A DNA stretch of 64,000 bases from an uncultured Chloroflexia bacterium (GCA_963819655.1 CAWFXA010000003.1:864001-928000), one strand, 5' to 3'; counted from the stretch's first letter, positions 50,029-60,022 are shown. Numbers and translations: made by a program. Notes: generated from the letters alone by a model not told the origin.

Positions 50029-51138
50029 CTAGCGCGTGGGCGGTGGCAGCCGCAGCTCCTGGCCGGACCGCAGGCCGCGGCTGCGCAGCCACGGGTTCCG
50101 CGCGTAGATGCTGTCCTGGGACACGCCGAAGTAGCGCGAGATACTGAACAGGTTGTCGCCGCTTCGGACTTTGTAGATCCAGCAGCGCGGCGTGCTCGGG
50201 CAGGCCCGCAGCAGTCGATAGCGGTCGGACTTCGGCGATGCGCGCGGCGTCGGCGTGGCCGTCGGCGCCGGTGTCGCTGACGGCGTCGGCGTCGGCGACG
50301 GGGTGACAGAAGGAGTCGGCGAGGGCGTGACCGAGGCGGACGAGGAGGACGACGTCGGCGCCACGACGGGTGCGCCCGACGCGGCGGACGGAGAGGCCGC
50401 GGCGACGGACGAGGGCGACGGGCTCGCGGCAAGACCCGGCGGGGCGATGTCCAGGGCGCCGCCACGGGCGAGCACGAAACCTACGGACGCACTCAACGCG
50501 AGGACGAGCACGACGAGCGACCCGAGCATCGCCGGCGACAGCGCCCGACCCTCGCGGACCACCGGTTTCGGCGTTTCGGCCATCACCGCGGCACCCCGCA
50601 GGTACCGCGGACAGTTCACGTGTCCGGTCGACAGGCAGACGAGCTCCTGCTGCCGCAGCGACTGCGGCACGGCCTCGGCGAGCGCGGCGCAGCGGTTGGT
50701 CGTGTCGGGCGTCTCGATCGGGGCGATCAGGCCGCTCTGGCCGGTCGCGCGCAGGAAGGGGCAGACGTTCGGGTCGGGCGAGCGATCGTCGAGGACCTGC
50801 AGCCATGATCGGCCGTCGTCAGTGGGCACCTCTGTCGGTGCGACGGTGACGACCGCTTCGTCGCGTTCGGTCAGCGCGATCGCGGCAAGCCCGGGGACGC
50901 GGAAATCTTTCGCGTCAGTGGACGACTCGGTCCGGGCTGTCGGGGCCGCCGTGACGCCCCCTGGGATCGCCGCGAGTGCTGCCGCAGCCCCGACTGCGTG
51001 CGCTGGGGACGCTCCGGCCCCAGACGTGTTCTGACGGCGTCGCTCGTTCGCGACAGGCGGGGATGGAGCATTCGGATCGATGTCGGTGCGCCGGCGGCGT
51101 GGGCGGGGGGCGGGCTGGAGCCCACGGTCGTCTGCCAC
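50029..51138 (-). CDS. membrane-anchored LysM protein with a cytoplasmic Cys4 motif
   Basis: C-terminal LysM (YKVRSGDNLFSISRYFGV..NP..LRSGQELRLP), single TM, Pro/Ser/Thr linker; SD GGAGG. Confidence 0.8.
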   Translation of the reverse strand: MADDRGLQPAPRPRRRRTDIDPNAPSPPVANERRRQNTSGAGASPAHAVGAAAALAAIPGGVTAAPTARTESSTDAKDFRVPGLAAIALTERDEAVVTVAPTEVPTDDGRSWLQVLDDRSPDPNVCPFLRATGQSGLIAPIETPDTTNRCAALAEAVPQSLRQQELVCLSTGHVNCPRYLRGAAVMAETPKPVVREGRALSPAMLGSLVVLVLALSASVGFVLARGGALDIAPPGLAASPSPSSVAAASPSAASGAPVVAPTSSSSSASVTPSPTPSVTPSPTPTPSATPAPTATPTPRASPKSDRYRLLRACPSTPRCWIYKVRSGDNLFSISRYFGVSQDSIYARNPWLRSRGLRSGQELRLPPPTR

Positions 51139-51294
51139 TCAACCTCCCTCGATGATGCGCTCACGAGCGCATCCGGGACACCAGCCTAGTACCTTTCGTT
51201 CCTTGCCGTCGCCGAGAATCGGGTGCTAGTCTCCGGCGCCAAGATCGCAGGACGCTTGTCCGCCGATCGGATACGAGGCCGCGAACCGCATCTC

Positions 51295-51537
51295 ATGGCG
51301 CTCCCGCTCCCCGTCATCCCGCCCCAGCCCGACGCCTATCACCTGGCGCCGCACCGCATCAAGCGCTGCACGTTTCGGCGCCTGATCGACGTGGAAGCGG
51401 GCTCCGACCGCGTGTATGACGTCGAGTGCCTGTTCCCGGATCGGAAGATCCCGATCCCACTCGGGGATCTCGAGTCGGCGATGCCGATCTGCAACGCCTG
51501 CACGGCGCCGCACATCTTCCGCCCCGACGAGGACTAG
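51295..51537 (+). CDS. hypothetical small Cys-containing protein (80 aa)
   Basis: MALPLPVIPPQP..RCTF..ECLF..ICNAC..RPDED; strong GC3 codon bias. Confidence 0.7.
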   Translation: MALPLPVIPPQPDAYHLAPHRIKRCTFRRLIDVEAGSDRVYDVECLFPDRKIPIPLGDLESAMPICNACTAPHIFRPDED

Positions 51538-51604
51538 GAGCTGGCACCCTCAACGGGCTGCTGACGCCACGCTCACCGAGGTCCGAGGCGGAGGCCCTCC
51601 GACG

Positions 51605-51657
51605 CCATCGGCCCGAGGTTTCCATCGCCCCGAGGTTTCCCCATCGGCCTGAGGTTT
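51605..51657. repeat. three imperfect 17-nt tandem repeats abutting the rnpB 3' end
   Basis: CCATCGGCCCGAGGTTT / CCATCGCCCCGAGGTTT / (CC)CCATCGGCCTGAGGTTT. Confidence 0.8.
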
Positions 51658-51659
51658 TT

Positions 51660-52041
51660 GTCAGCGAGGGCGGTCTGTAAGCCGAGTTCTGTGCCGATCG
51701 ACGCCGAAGCGTCAGCCGGCGATGGTCATCCATCTGAGGCCGTCGGTCGCCCGACGGCTCATGCGGCCGACCCGAGGGCTGGGCAGCGCGCCTCTCCCCC
51801 GACCGGTTGCCCGGTACGGGTTACGCCCTCCTATTTGGCCTTGCTCCGGGTGGAGTTTGCCCGTTTCACTCCGCCCCCGACCCGAAAGCCGGGCGTCGGC
51901 ATCGTCACTGTGGCACTGGTCCTCGTCTCACGACGGACGGGTATTACCCGCCACCCTGCGCTGTGGAGCTCGGACTTTCCTCACGGCACTTCGCGGGTCA
52001 CCCCGACCGGCGCCGCGCGACCATCCGACCGCCTCGCTGAC
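51660..52041 (-). ncRNA. rnpB: RNase P RNA (bacterial type A)
   Basis: GAGGAAAGTCCGAGCTC, CAGTGCCACAG, GGCAAACTCCACCCGGAGCAAGG, ACAGAACTCGGCTTA; terminal P1 GTCAGCGAGG/CCTCGCTGAC; -10 TAGTAT at 52048-52053. Confidence 0.97.
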
Positions 52042-52050
52042 GTCCTGATA

Positions 52051-53070
52051 CTACCCCTGGCAGAGCGAACCGGGGTCTGAGGCGACCGGATCCCCGAGGG
52101 TCGTGTCGCTGAGCTCGATGCGCGCCCCGCCTGCCGCATTGCGCTCCTCGATGAGGCCGACGTCGGGCGCGTACGACTTGTGCTCGAGGTGCCCCGGCTC
52201 GAGGGCGGTGAAGTCCTCGGTCACGAGCACGTCGGCGTAGGTCTTGTCGTCATGGACGACCGTGACGCCGAGCTCGCGGACGCGTGCGACATCCTCGGCA
52301 CGTGCCGCGTAGAACTCCTGGCGGTAGTAATCGCCGACGCGCGGCGCGGCGAGCATCACGATGCCGGGCTGCGCTCCATCGACACCTGCCTCCCACGCGC
52401 CCGCGCGACCGGCGATCGCCCCTCCGCTGCACTCGGCGGTGTCCTCGCCGAAATACCACACGTTCCCGTCGGCGTCCTGCGCGAACCAGTCATTGGTGTC
52501 CTCGATCAGCGACCCACCACGGAACGCCCGGTCGCGGACGACGACCGTCTGGACGCCCATCACCTGGCGGGTGCTCGACGTGACGGTGACGACGATCCGT
52601 TCGCCGCCGCCCTCGTACGTCCGCGTGGTGCCCGGGACAAGCGGCATGTACGGGTTGGTCACGGTCGTGCTGAAACCGGCCGGATCGAGCACCGGCCTGT
52701 AGGCGACCCCTTGCACGACCCCGGCCGGGTTATCGGTGAGGAGCGGACCGGACACCGGCGGAGGTGGCGGCCCCGAGACGACGGCCACCGCGAACAGCGC
52801 GAGCGCGGTCAGGATCGGCGCGATCACGATCAGCCATCGACCCCTCACCCACGCCCACGCCGCGAACAGGGTCAGCGCGCCCCACACTGCGGCGAGGGCC
52901 ACGCCCAGCCAGCCCTTCCCGACGGCCAGGACCGGGATGGCCAGTGCCAGCTGGAAGGCGCCGGCCGCGGTGCCGATCACGAACCAGCTCATGTTGCCCG
53001 CGACGCGACCCCAGCGGATCGGGCGATCGCGTGGCCAGGAGCCGTCCGGTCGCTCGCTCGGATCGTCCAT
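52051..53070 (-). CDS. hypothetical membrane protein (3 TM + beta-rich extracytoplasmic domain)
   Basis: TGATG-coupled to rnhA; NPYMPLVPG, DWFAQDADGNVWYFGE, WEAGVDGAQPG. Confidence 0.75.
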   Translation of the reverse strand: MDDPSERPDGSWPRDRPIRWGRVAGNMSWFVIGTAAGAFQLALAIPVLAVGKGWLGVALAAVWGALTLFAAWAWVRGRWLIVIAPILTALALFAVAVVSGPPPPPVSGPLLTDNPAGVVQGVAYRPVLDPAGFSTTVTNPYMPLVPGTTRTYEGGGERIVVTVTSSTRQVMGVQTVVVRDRAFRGGSLIEDTNDWFAQDADGNVWYFGEDTAECSGGAIAGRAGAWEAGVDGAQPGIVMLAAPRVGDYYRQEFYAARAEDVARVRELGVTVVHDDKTYADVLVTEDFTALEPGHLEHKSYAPDVGLIEERNAAGGARIELSDTTLGDPVASDPGSLCQG

Positions 53071-53564
53071 CAGGGCCTGTCCGGTCGCCGGACCACGGAG
53101 GTGGCACCTCCGGCGGTGGCGCGGTCGATCGCCTCGTTGGCCAGCGCGTCGGCGACGCTGTTCTGGGCCCTCGGCACGTGCGTCGCGGTCCATCGCCTGA
53201 ACCCGTTGAGCGTCGCGCGGGCCGCGGCCCACAGCGGGATGAGCTTGGGATCCTTGACGCGCCAGCGCCCGGACAGCTGCTCGACGATGAGCTTGGAATC
53301 GAGCAACAGGTGGACCTCGCCGGCGCCGAGCTCGCGGGCGAGCTCCAGCGCGCGGACGACGCCTGTGTACTCCGCGACATTGTTGGTCTGGACACCGAGA
53401 TAGTCGGAGATCGACGCGTCAGGCCGAGCACGCGGGTCGCGAGCATCGGAGCGCTCGGCCGCGAACAGGGCCGCGCCGGCCGATGCCGGTCCGGGGTTGC
53501 CGCGCGCCGCCCCATCGGTCCGGACGATGAACCCTGGCCGCTCGTCCACCCCTGCCTGGCTCAC
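53070..53564 (-). CDS. rnhA: ribonuclease HI
   Basis: TDGAARGNPGPA, TNNVAEY, DSKLIVEQ, HVPRAQNSVADALAN. Confidence 0.93.
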   Translation of the reverse strand: MSQAGVDERPGFIVRTDGAARGNPGPASAGAALFAAERSDARDPRARPDASISDYLGVQTNNVAEYTGVVRALELARELGAGEVHLLLDSKLIVEQLSGRWRVKDPKLIPLWAAARATLNGFRRWTATHVPRAQNSVADALANEAIDRATAGGATSVVRRPDRP

Positions 53565-54391
53565 TCGGGCGCCTGGTCTCCCGCCGGACCCGGTGGGCGG
53601 GGTTCGCCCTGCAGGACCGGCAGCTCGACCCGCGGACCCGCCTCCGCTCCCCCGCCCCGTAGCTTCCGCCATGCCCATTGGATAGGGTCGTAATAGGCGT
53701 CGGCGACACGTTCCTTGAGCGGGATGATCGCGTTGTCGGTGATCTTGATGTGCTCCGGGCAGACTTCCGTGCAGCATTTCGTGATATTGCAGTATCCGAT
53801 CCCGCCGCTGTCCTTGAGGTACTCGCGTCGATCGGCCTGGTCGATCGGATGCAGCTCCAGGCCGGCCGCCCGGACCAGGTAGCGCGGTCCCATGAAGGGG
53901 CGCTCGGTCTCGTGGTTGCGCAGGACGTGGCAGACGTCCTGGCACAGGAAGCACTCGATGCACTTCCGGTACTCCTGGACGCGATCGATGTCCGTCTGCT
54001 GCCAGCGCCACTCCTCCTGGGGGACGTCGTCGGGCGGCGTGAACGGCTGGATCGTCTTGTTGACCTCGTAGTTCCACGACACGTCGGTCACGAGGTCCCG
54101 GATGAGCGGGAAGGCCCGCATCGGCTCGACGGTGATCGGCTCCTCGAGATCGAAGTCCGACAGGCGCGTCTTGCATGTCAGGCGCGGCTGTCCGTTGACC
54201 TCGGCGCCGCACGAGCCGCATTTCGCGGCCTTGCAGTTCCAGCGGACCGCCAGGTCCGGTGCTCCGTTGCCCTGGATCCAGTGGAGGGCGTCGAGCACGA
54301 CCATGCCGGATTCGATCGGGACGTCGAACTCGTCGAACCGTGCCTCGCTCCCGGGCGTGCCGCGGAAGACCCGAAGGTGTGCTTCCGACAT
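53561..54391 (-). CDS. sdhB: succinate dehydrogenase/fumarate reductase iron-sulfur subunit
   Basis: NCKAAKCGSC, CIECFLCQDVC, CNITKCCTEVCP. Confidence 0.93.
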   Translation of the reverse strand: MSEAHLRVFRGTPGSEARFDEFDVPIESGMVVLDALHWIQGNGAPDLAVRWNCKAAKCGSCGAEVNGQPRLTCKTRLSDFDLEEPITVEPMRAFPLIRDLVTDVSWNYEVNKTIQPFTPPDDVPQEEWRWQQTDIDRVQEYRKCIECFLCQDVCHVLRNHETERPFMGPRYLVRAAGLELHPIDQADRREYLKDSGGIGYCNITKCCTEVCPEHIKITDNAIIPLKERVADAYYDPIQWAWRKLRGGGAEAGPRVELPVLQGEPRPPGPAGDQAPE

Positions 54392-54405
54392 GCGCTCCTC
54401 CATGC

Positions 54406-56229
54406 TCAATGACCCGCCGTGAGGACGCCCTGCAGCTCGTCGCTCATGGCCGGCAACGGGGTCGTATAGATGGTCATGCGGCCGTCGGCGTCTCGGGCGA
54501 CGACGCTGTTGCGCCCGCCCCATGTCGCGTCATCGGTGTCCGGGTAGTCCAGGCGGCTGTGGGCGCCGCGGCTCTCGGTCCGTTGGCGGGCGCTGCGGGC
54601 GATCGCCTCCGACACGGTCAACAGGTTGCCGAGCTCGAACACGAGGTTCCAGCCCGGGTTGTACGGGCGACCGCCCGTGACACACGCCGACTCCCAGCGC
54701 CGGCGGAGCTCGGTGAGCTCGAGCAGAGCCTGGTCCAGGTCCTCCTCGACGCGGAAGATGCCGACCTGGCGCTGCATCACCGACTGGAGGTCGCGCTGGA
54801 TGGCGTAGGGGTCCTCGCCGGCCGTCCGCTCCAACGGCGTGTCGAGGACCCGGAGCGCATCCTGCACCTGCACCGGGTCCACGTACGGCTGACCGCTCTC
54901 GCCGGCCGCGTGCGCGGCGGCGGCCTTGCCCGTCCGCGCGCCGAACACGAGCAGGTCCGACAGCGAATTGCCGCCCAGCCGGTTGGCGCCATGCATGCCG
55001 CCCGCCACCTCGCCTGCGGCGAACAGGCCGGGGACCCGGCTCTCCCCCGTCTCGGCGTCGACCCTGATGCCACCCATCACGTAGTGCGTCGTGGGGCCGA
55101 CCTCCATCGGCCCTTTCGTGATGTCGACGTCGGCCAGCTCCTTGAACTGCTCGTACATCGAAGGCAGCTTGCGCCGGACGTGGTCCGCGGGCAGATAGCT
55201 GATGTCGAGGTACACGCCACCGTGCGGCGTCCCGCGACCGTCCTTCACCTCGGTGTAGATCGCGCGCGAGACGTTGTCGCGGGTCGAGAGCTCGGGCGGT
55301 CGTCGTGCGTCGGTCTGCTTGGCCTGCGATTGCGCCTGGACCCAGCGGGCGGCCTCGTCGGCGTTGGCCGCGTACTCGTCGCGTCGATCCTCAGGGAGGT
55401 ACTTCCACATGAACCGCTCACCCATCGCGTTGCGAAGGATGCCGCCCTCCCCTCGGACGGCCTCGGTCACGAGCAGCCCGCGCACACCGGGCGGCCAGAC
55501 CATGCCGGTCGGGTGGAACTGCACGAACTCCATGTCCATGAGCTCGGCGCCCGCGTCGTAGGCGAGCGACTGGCCGTCGCCGCTGTACTCCCACGAATTC
55601 GACGTCACCTCGTACGCCTTGCCGATGCCGCCGGTGGCCAGCACGACGGCCTTGGCCGCGAACACGATCGGCCGTCCGGTCGTGCGCCAGTAGCCGACCG
55701 CGCCGGTCACCCCATCCCGATCGGTGATGAGCCGTGTGATCGTGCACTCCATGTAGACGTCGATGCCGGCCGCCACCGCGCGATCCTGGAGCGTGCGGAT
55801 CATCTCGAGACCGGTGCGGTCGCCGACGTGAGCCAGGCGCGGGTACGAGTGACCACCGAACGGTCGCTGGAGGATGCGGCCGTCGGCCGTGCGATCGAAC
55901 ACCGCTCCCCATTGCTCGAGCTCACGAACACGCGCCGGCGACTCCAGCGCGTGCAGCTCGGCCATGCGCGGGTTGTTGAGCTTCTTGCCGCCGACCATCG
56001 TGTCGCGGAAATGGACCTGCCACGAATCAGCAGGCGCGACATGCGCCAGGGCCGCCGCCACACCGCCCTCCGCCATGACCGTGTGTGCCTTGCCGAGGAG
56101 CGATTTGCACACGAGCCCGACGTCGGCGCCGGCCGCGCGTGCCTCGATCGCGGCGCGAAGCCCGGCCCCGCCCGCGCCGACGACGAGCACGTCGTGGGGC
56201 CGGGTCTGCGGTTCCGTGGGGAATGTCAT
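54406..56229 (-). CDS. sdhA: succinate dehydrogenase/fumarate reductase flavoprotein
   Basis: GAGGAG, FAD-binding AHTVMAEGG, QFHPTG, HYVMGG, HGANRLGGNSL, ESRGAH. Confidence 0.95.
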   Translation of the reverse strand: MTFPTEPQTRPHDVLVVGAGGAGLRAAIEARAAGADVGLVCKSLLGKAHTVMAEGGVAAALAHVAPADSWQVHFRDTMVGGKKLNNPRMAELHALESPARVRELEQWGAVFDRTADGRILQRPFGGHSYPRLAHVGDRTGLEMIRTLQDRAVAAGIDVYMECTITRLITDRDGVTGAVGYWRTTGRPIVFAAKAVVLATGGIGKAYEVTSNSWEYSGDGQSLAYDAGAELMDMEFVQFHPTGMVWPPGVRGLLVTEAVRGEGGILRNAMGERFMWKYLPEDRRDEYAANADEAARWVQAQSQAKQTDARRPPELSTRDNVSRAIYTEVKDGRGTPHGGVYLDISYLPADHVRRKLPSMYEQFKELADVDITKGPMEVGPTTHYVMGGIRVDAETGESRVPGLFAAGEVAGGMHGANRLGGNSLSDLLVFGARTGKAAAAHAAGESGQPYVDPVQVQDALRVLDTPLERTAGEDPYAIQRDLQSVMQRQVGIFRVEEDLDQALLELTELRRRWESACVTGGRPYNPGWNLVFELGNLLTVSEAIARSARQRTESRGAHSRLDYPDTDDATWGGRNSVVARDADGRMTIYTTPLPAMSDELQGVLTAGH

Positions 56230-56245
56230 GGTCGGGCCGGATGGG

Positions 56246-57058
56246 TCAGATCTGGATCCGGATCGCCGGGTCGGCGATGACACCGAGCGCGAGCAGCCGG
56301 ACGTACAGGTCCGCGGCCGTCACGGAGATCAGGCTCACCCACGCCCATGCCATGTGTTGCATGTTGAGCGACGTGAGCTGCTGCCACAGCGACCGGCGCA
56401 CCTTGGCCCGACGCGAACAGGAGAAGCAGTCCAACCGTCCGCCGACGATGTGGCGGAGCGAGTGACACGACAACGAGTAGCCGGTGAGCAGGAAGGCGTT
56501 GACGAAGAGGATCGCGCCACCGAGCCCGAGCCGATATCCGCCGCCATGGGTGACCGCCAGCCATGCGTCCAGCCACAGGAAGAACAACGGGATGAAAGCG
56601 AGATAGAGGAAGTAGCGATGGACGTTCTGCAGGATGAACGGGAAGGCGTTCTCCAGCCTGTAGCCGTGGTGGACCTTCGGCTCGCCGACCGCGCAGCCGG
56701 GCGGATCGGCGAAATAGAAGCGGTAGTAGGCCTTGCGGTAGTAGTAGCAGGTGGCGCGGAACCCGAGCGGGATCCACAGGATGAACAGGCCGGGGCTGAT
56801 CCACGTCGGAAGCCACTCGGGCCTGATCAACGGCGAGAACAGCGGGGACAGGTAGCCATCGACCTCGTAGGCCGTCCCGAACAGCGGTGTCCAGATGATC
56901 CCGCTGACGAACAGGTACGTCGCGCAGATCGTGAAGAGCGTCCCCTGGGCGAGCGGCGCCGTCCACCACCGGTCGAGCCGCCGCGTCGTACCGAACCCGG
57001 CCGGGGCCGTGCCGGCCGGCTTGCGCGGGGTACGAAGGCTGCCGACGAGGCCCGTCAT
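56246..57058 (-). CDS. succinate dehydrogenase membrane anchor, Sdh1 (Rv0249c-like) type
   Basis: [46 protein letters not shown]; directly upstream of sdhA. Confidence 0.85.
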   Translation of the reverse strand: MTGLVGSLRTPRKPAGTAPAGFGTTRRLDRWWTAPLAQGTLFTICATYLFVSGIIWTPLFGTAYEVDGYLSPLFSPLIRPEWLPTWISPGLFILWIPLGFRATCYYYRKAYYRFYFADPPGCAVGEPKVHHGYRLENAFPFILQNVHRYFLYLAFIPLFFLWLDAWLAVTHGGGYRLGLGGAILFVNAFLLTGYSLSCHSLRHIVGGRLDCFSCSRRAKVRRSLWQQLTSLNMQHMAWAWVSLISVTAADLYVRLLALGVIADPAIRIQI

Positions 57059-58077
57059 CGCGCTGCGCTCACACCGGAGCTCAGCCGCTCGATGACCGCG
57101 TCCGCGAACGCCGCGGTCCCGAGTGAACCGCCCAGGTCGTGGGTCGTCCGGCCCTCGCCGATGGTCTCGCGCACGGCCGTCTCGACGCGATCCGCCTCGG
57201 CGACATATCCGAGATGGCGGAGCATCAGCGCGCCGCTCAGGATCAAAGCGGTCGGGTTGGCCTTGTCGAGGCCGGCGTATTTGGGCGCGGATCCGTGCAC
57301 CGGCTCGAAGACCGCGGCCTCCGTCCCGATGTTGGCGCCCGGCGCGACACCCAGCCCGCCGACGAGACCCGCCGCGAGGTCCGAGACGATGTCGCCGTAC
57401 AGGTTGGGCAGCACCAGCACGTCGTACAGCTCGGGCTTCTGGACGAGCTGCATGCACATGTTGTCGACGATGCGGTCCTCGAACTCGATGCGGCCGTCGT
57501 AGTCGGCCGCGACCGTCCGGCAGCTCTCGAGGAACAGCCCGTCCGACAGCTTCATGATGTTCGCCTTGTGGACCGCGGTGACCTTGCGCCGGCCGTTCGC
57601 GACCGCGTAGTCGAACGCAAAGCGGGCGATCCGCTCGGACGCCGCGCGGGTGATGATCTTGATGCTCTCCGCCGCGTCCGGCCCGACCATGTGCTCGATG
57701 CCGGCGTACAGGTCCTCGGTGTTCTCCCGGACGATGACAAGGTCGACGTCCTCGTAACGCGACTCGAGGCCCTTGATGCTGCGGGCCGGCCGCAGGTTCG
57801 CGTACAGCCCGAGGACCTGGCGGAGCGTCACGTTGACGCTGCGGAAGCCCTCCCCGACCGGGGTCGTGATCGGCCCCTTCAGGGCGACCTTGTTGCGCTT
57901 GATCGACTGGAGGACGTGCTCCGGGAGTGGCGTCCCGTACTCGGCCAGCACGGCCTCGCCCGCCTCGACGACCTCCCATTCGAACGCGATCCCGGTGGCA
58001 TCGAGGACGCGTCGTGTCGCCTCCGCCAGCTCCGGACCGATGCCGTCGCCGGGGATCAGAGTGACTGGGTGGGCCAT
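57055..58077 (-). CDS. icd: isocitrate dehydrogenase (isocitrate/isopropylmalate dehydrogenase family)
   Basis: [50 protein letters not shown]; TCA context. Confidence 0.88.
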   Translation of the reverse strand: MAHPVTLIPGDGIGPELAEATRRVLDATGIAFEWEVVEAGEAVLAEYGTPLPEHVLQSIKRNKVALKGPITTPVGEGFRSVNVTLRQVLGLYANLRPARSIKGLESRYEDVDLVIVRENTEDLYAGIEHMVGPDAAESIKIITRAASERIARFAFDYAVANGRRKVTAVHKANIMKLSDGLFLESCRTVAADYDGRIEFEDRIVDNMCMQLVQKPELYDVLVLPNLYGDIVSDLAAGLVGGLGVAPGANIGTEAAVFEPVHGSAPKYAGLDKANPTALILSGALMLRHLGYVAEADRVETAVRETIGEGRTTHDLGGSLGTAAFADAVIERLSSGVSAAR

Positions 58078-58199
58078 GGCCCGATTGTATCCGGGCAGGC
58101 AGACGCGGCGCGGCCGGCCACCTCGCGGAGGGTGACCGGCCGCTGGCTCGTCGATCCAGGGGCAGGTCCCCGTCACACGGGTCCATCGGCGACGTCAGG

Positions 58200-59465
58200 T
58201 CAGGGTGCGAGGCGTTGCATGTCGACGAACTCGAAACCGCCGGAGCCGAGACTCGTGCCTGGTGAACCATCGAGCGGCATGAGGTGCGTCGCTCCATCCG
58301 TGTCGTCCCCGTATCGAACCAGGAGCGCTGATCCGTCGGGCGCGAATACCCACGAGGCCGGGACGCCGCTGTTGTCCCGAGGTCCGGACTTCTTCGGACC
58401 GATCGGCCGCTCGTTGCCGGATCCGTCGCTGTTGGCGACGACGATCTGGAACTGACCCTTTAGGTCGATCCGCGCGTAGGCCACGAGCTTCATGTCGGGC
58501 GAATAGACCGCGCCGAGCTGACCCGTCCCAGCCGTCGCCGAGAACGGCCGTTCGGTGCCGGTTGCCATGTCGAGGGCGTAGACGCGCGGGATACCGGCCT
58601 CAGACCAGCGGGTGAACGTGACGGTCGAACCGTCCGGCGACAGGGCGATCCCCTGGTAGTCGAATTCGTTGTTCGCCGGCGTCTTCGACAGCTCACGTCG
58701 CTTCGCTGTCCCGTCTGCGGCGATCGCGAAGATCGCCGGGCGTGTGCCTTCAGCGCGGTACACGATGTCCGTCCCGTCAGGCGGCAGGAACGTCGGGAAG
58801 TGGGCGCGGCCGGTGCCCTCCAGTCGTCTCGGTGGGTTGCCGTCGAGACCGACGACCCACATGACGCCTTTCGCCATGTAAGCAACCCGATCGCCCCTCG
58901 GCGACCAGTCGATCCAGTCGAGACTCTCGGTCGGTGGTGTCAGCGCACGGCTCTCGGATCCGTCCGCGTTTGCCACGTGCAGCGTCAGCATGGCGGGCTC
59001 GGCCAGCGGTCCATCGGAGCGGAGGAACATCATCTTGGTCCCGTCACGCGAGAAGATCGGCGAGAAGTCGAACCCGTCGCCGATCGAGAGCAGACGTGAC
59101 TGCTGCGTCGTGCGGTCGATGAGGTAGATGTCACCATCCCGGCTGGTCACCAGATCTCCGTTGCGCGCCAGCCCGAACGGCGGCGGGAGCCGCTGTTGCG
59201 AGCCGGCAGCCAGGATCGCGATCGCGAGCACGACGAGGACGAGCGCTGCCACGAGCAGCAGCCGTCCGGGCCGCGGCACGGTGAACAGGCGCGGGCGGAA
59301 TGTCGTATCCACGGGGAGCCACCTTTCGAGGCTCGACCATGCCGGCCGCTGACGCGTGACCCTGGTGGCCTGCAGCACCTCGTCGAGGTGGTCGGGCACC
59401 CGGAAGTCCGCATCCTCGTGGAGCCAGGACGACATGACGCGGTCGAGGCGATCGTTCGTCGTCAT
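58200..59465 (-). CDS. putative anti-sigma factor with TM and TolB-like beta-propeller
   Basis: Coupled to an ECF sigma; short cytoplasmic N-domain, TM, repeats FSRDG/WSPRG/LSPDG/YSPD/FAPDG. Confidence 0.75.
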   Translation of the reverse strand: MTTNDRLDRVMSSWLHEDADFRVPDHLDEVLQATRVTRQRPAWSSLERWLPVDTTFRPRLFTVPRPGRLLLVAALVLVVLAIAILAAGSQQRLPPPFGLARNGDLVTSRDGDIYLIDRTTQQSRLLSIGDGFDFSPIFSRDGTKMMFLRSDGPLAEPAMLTLHVANADGSESRALTPPTESLDWIDWSPRGDRVAYMAKGVMWVVGLDGNPPRRLEGTGRAHFPTFLPPDGTDIVYRAEGTRPAIFAIAADGTAKRRELSKTPANNEFDYQGIALSPDGSTVTFTRWSEAGIPRVYALDMATGTERPFSATAGTGQLGAVYSPDMKLVAYARIDLKGQFQIVVANSDGSGNERPIGPKKSGPRDNSGVPASWVFAPDGSALLVRYGDDTDGATHLMPLDGSPGTSLGSGGFEFVDMQRLAP

Positions 59466-60022
59466 GCCGGCCTGCCTTCCACGAGATCACCCTGGAGACG
59501 CGAGTCGGCGTCAAGCGCCGCCCGCATCTCGCCGAGGGCGCGGTGCAGCCGCGACTTGGCGGTCCCCAGGGGGATCCCCAGGGTCGCCGCAACAGCCGGC
59601 AACGGAAGGTCGAGATAGTGATGGAGGACGATCACGGCTCGCATCTCCGGTTCGAGCCGAAGGAAGCCGCGTTCGAGTCGGTCGCGATCGTCGACGACGG
59701 AGACGTCGTCGACGATGGAAGGAACGGCGATCGTGGTGAGGTCGACCTCGAGCCTGTGGCGTCGCAGCCGCCGCGCCTCATCGATGCAGGCGTGGACGAG
59801 CAGGCGATGCAGCCAGGCATCGAAGCGATCGGGGTCGCGCAGCGTGGGCAGATCACGCCAGGCCCGGACGAGTGTGTTCTGGACGGCGTCCTTGGCCTGT
59901 TCGGTATCGCGCAACATGAGCCAGGCGGCGGCATCCAGACGGGAGATCGCGGCGCCTGCCAGCTCGGCGAAGGCGTCATGATCGCCCTTCCGCGCTCGCT
60001 CCACGAGGTCTCGCTGCATCAC
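59462..60022 (-). CDS. ECF RNA polymerase sigma factor
   Basis: GDHDAFAEL, AKDAVQ, FDAWL, region 4 VAATLGIPLGTAKSRLHRA. Confidence 0.93.
   Translation of the reverse strand: MMQRDLVERARKGDHDAFAELAGAAISRLDAAAWLMLRDTEQAKDAVQNTLVRAWRDLPTLRDPDRFDAWLHRLLVHACIDEARRLRRHRLEVDLTTIAVPSIVDDVSVVDDRDRLERGFLRLEPEMRAVIVLHHYLDLPLPAVAATLGIPLGTAKSRLHRALGEMRAALDADSRLQGDLVEGRPA

Noticed and set aside
50240-50420. Repetitive GGCGTC tracts
   Set aside because: They simply encode the Pro/Thr/Ser linker of the LysM protein.
51605-51657. CRISPR array
   Set aside because: Repeats are 17 nt and essentially contiguous, without spacers; no cas genes.
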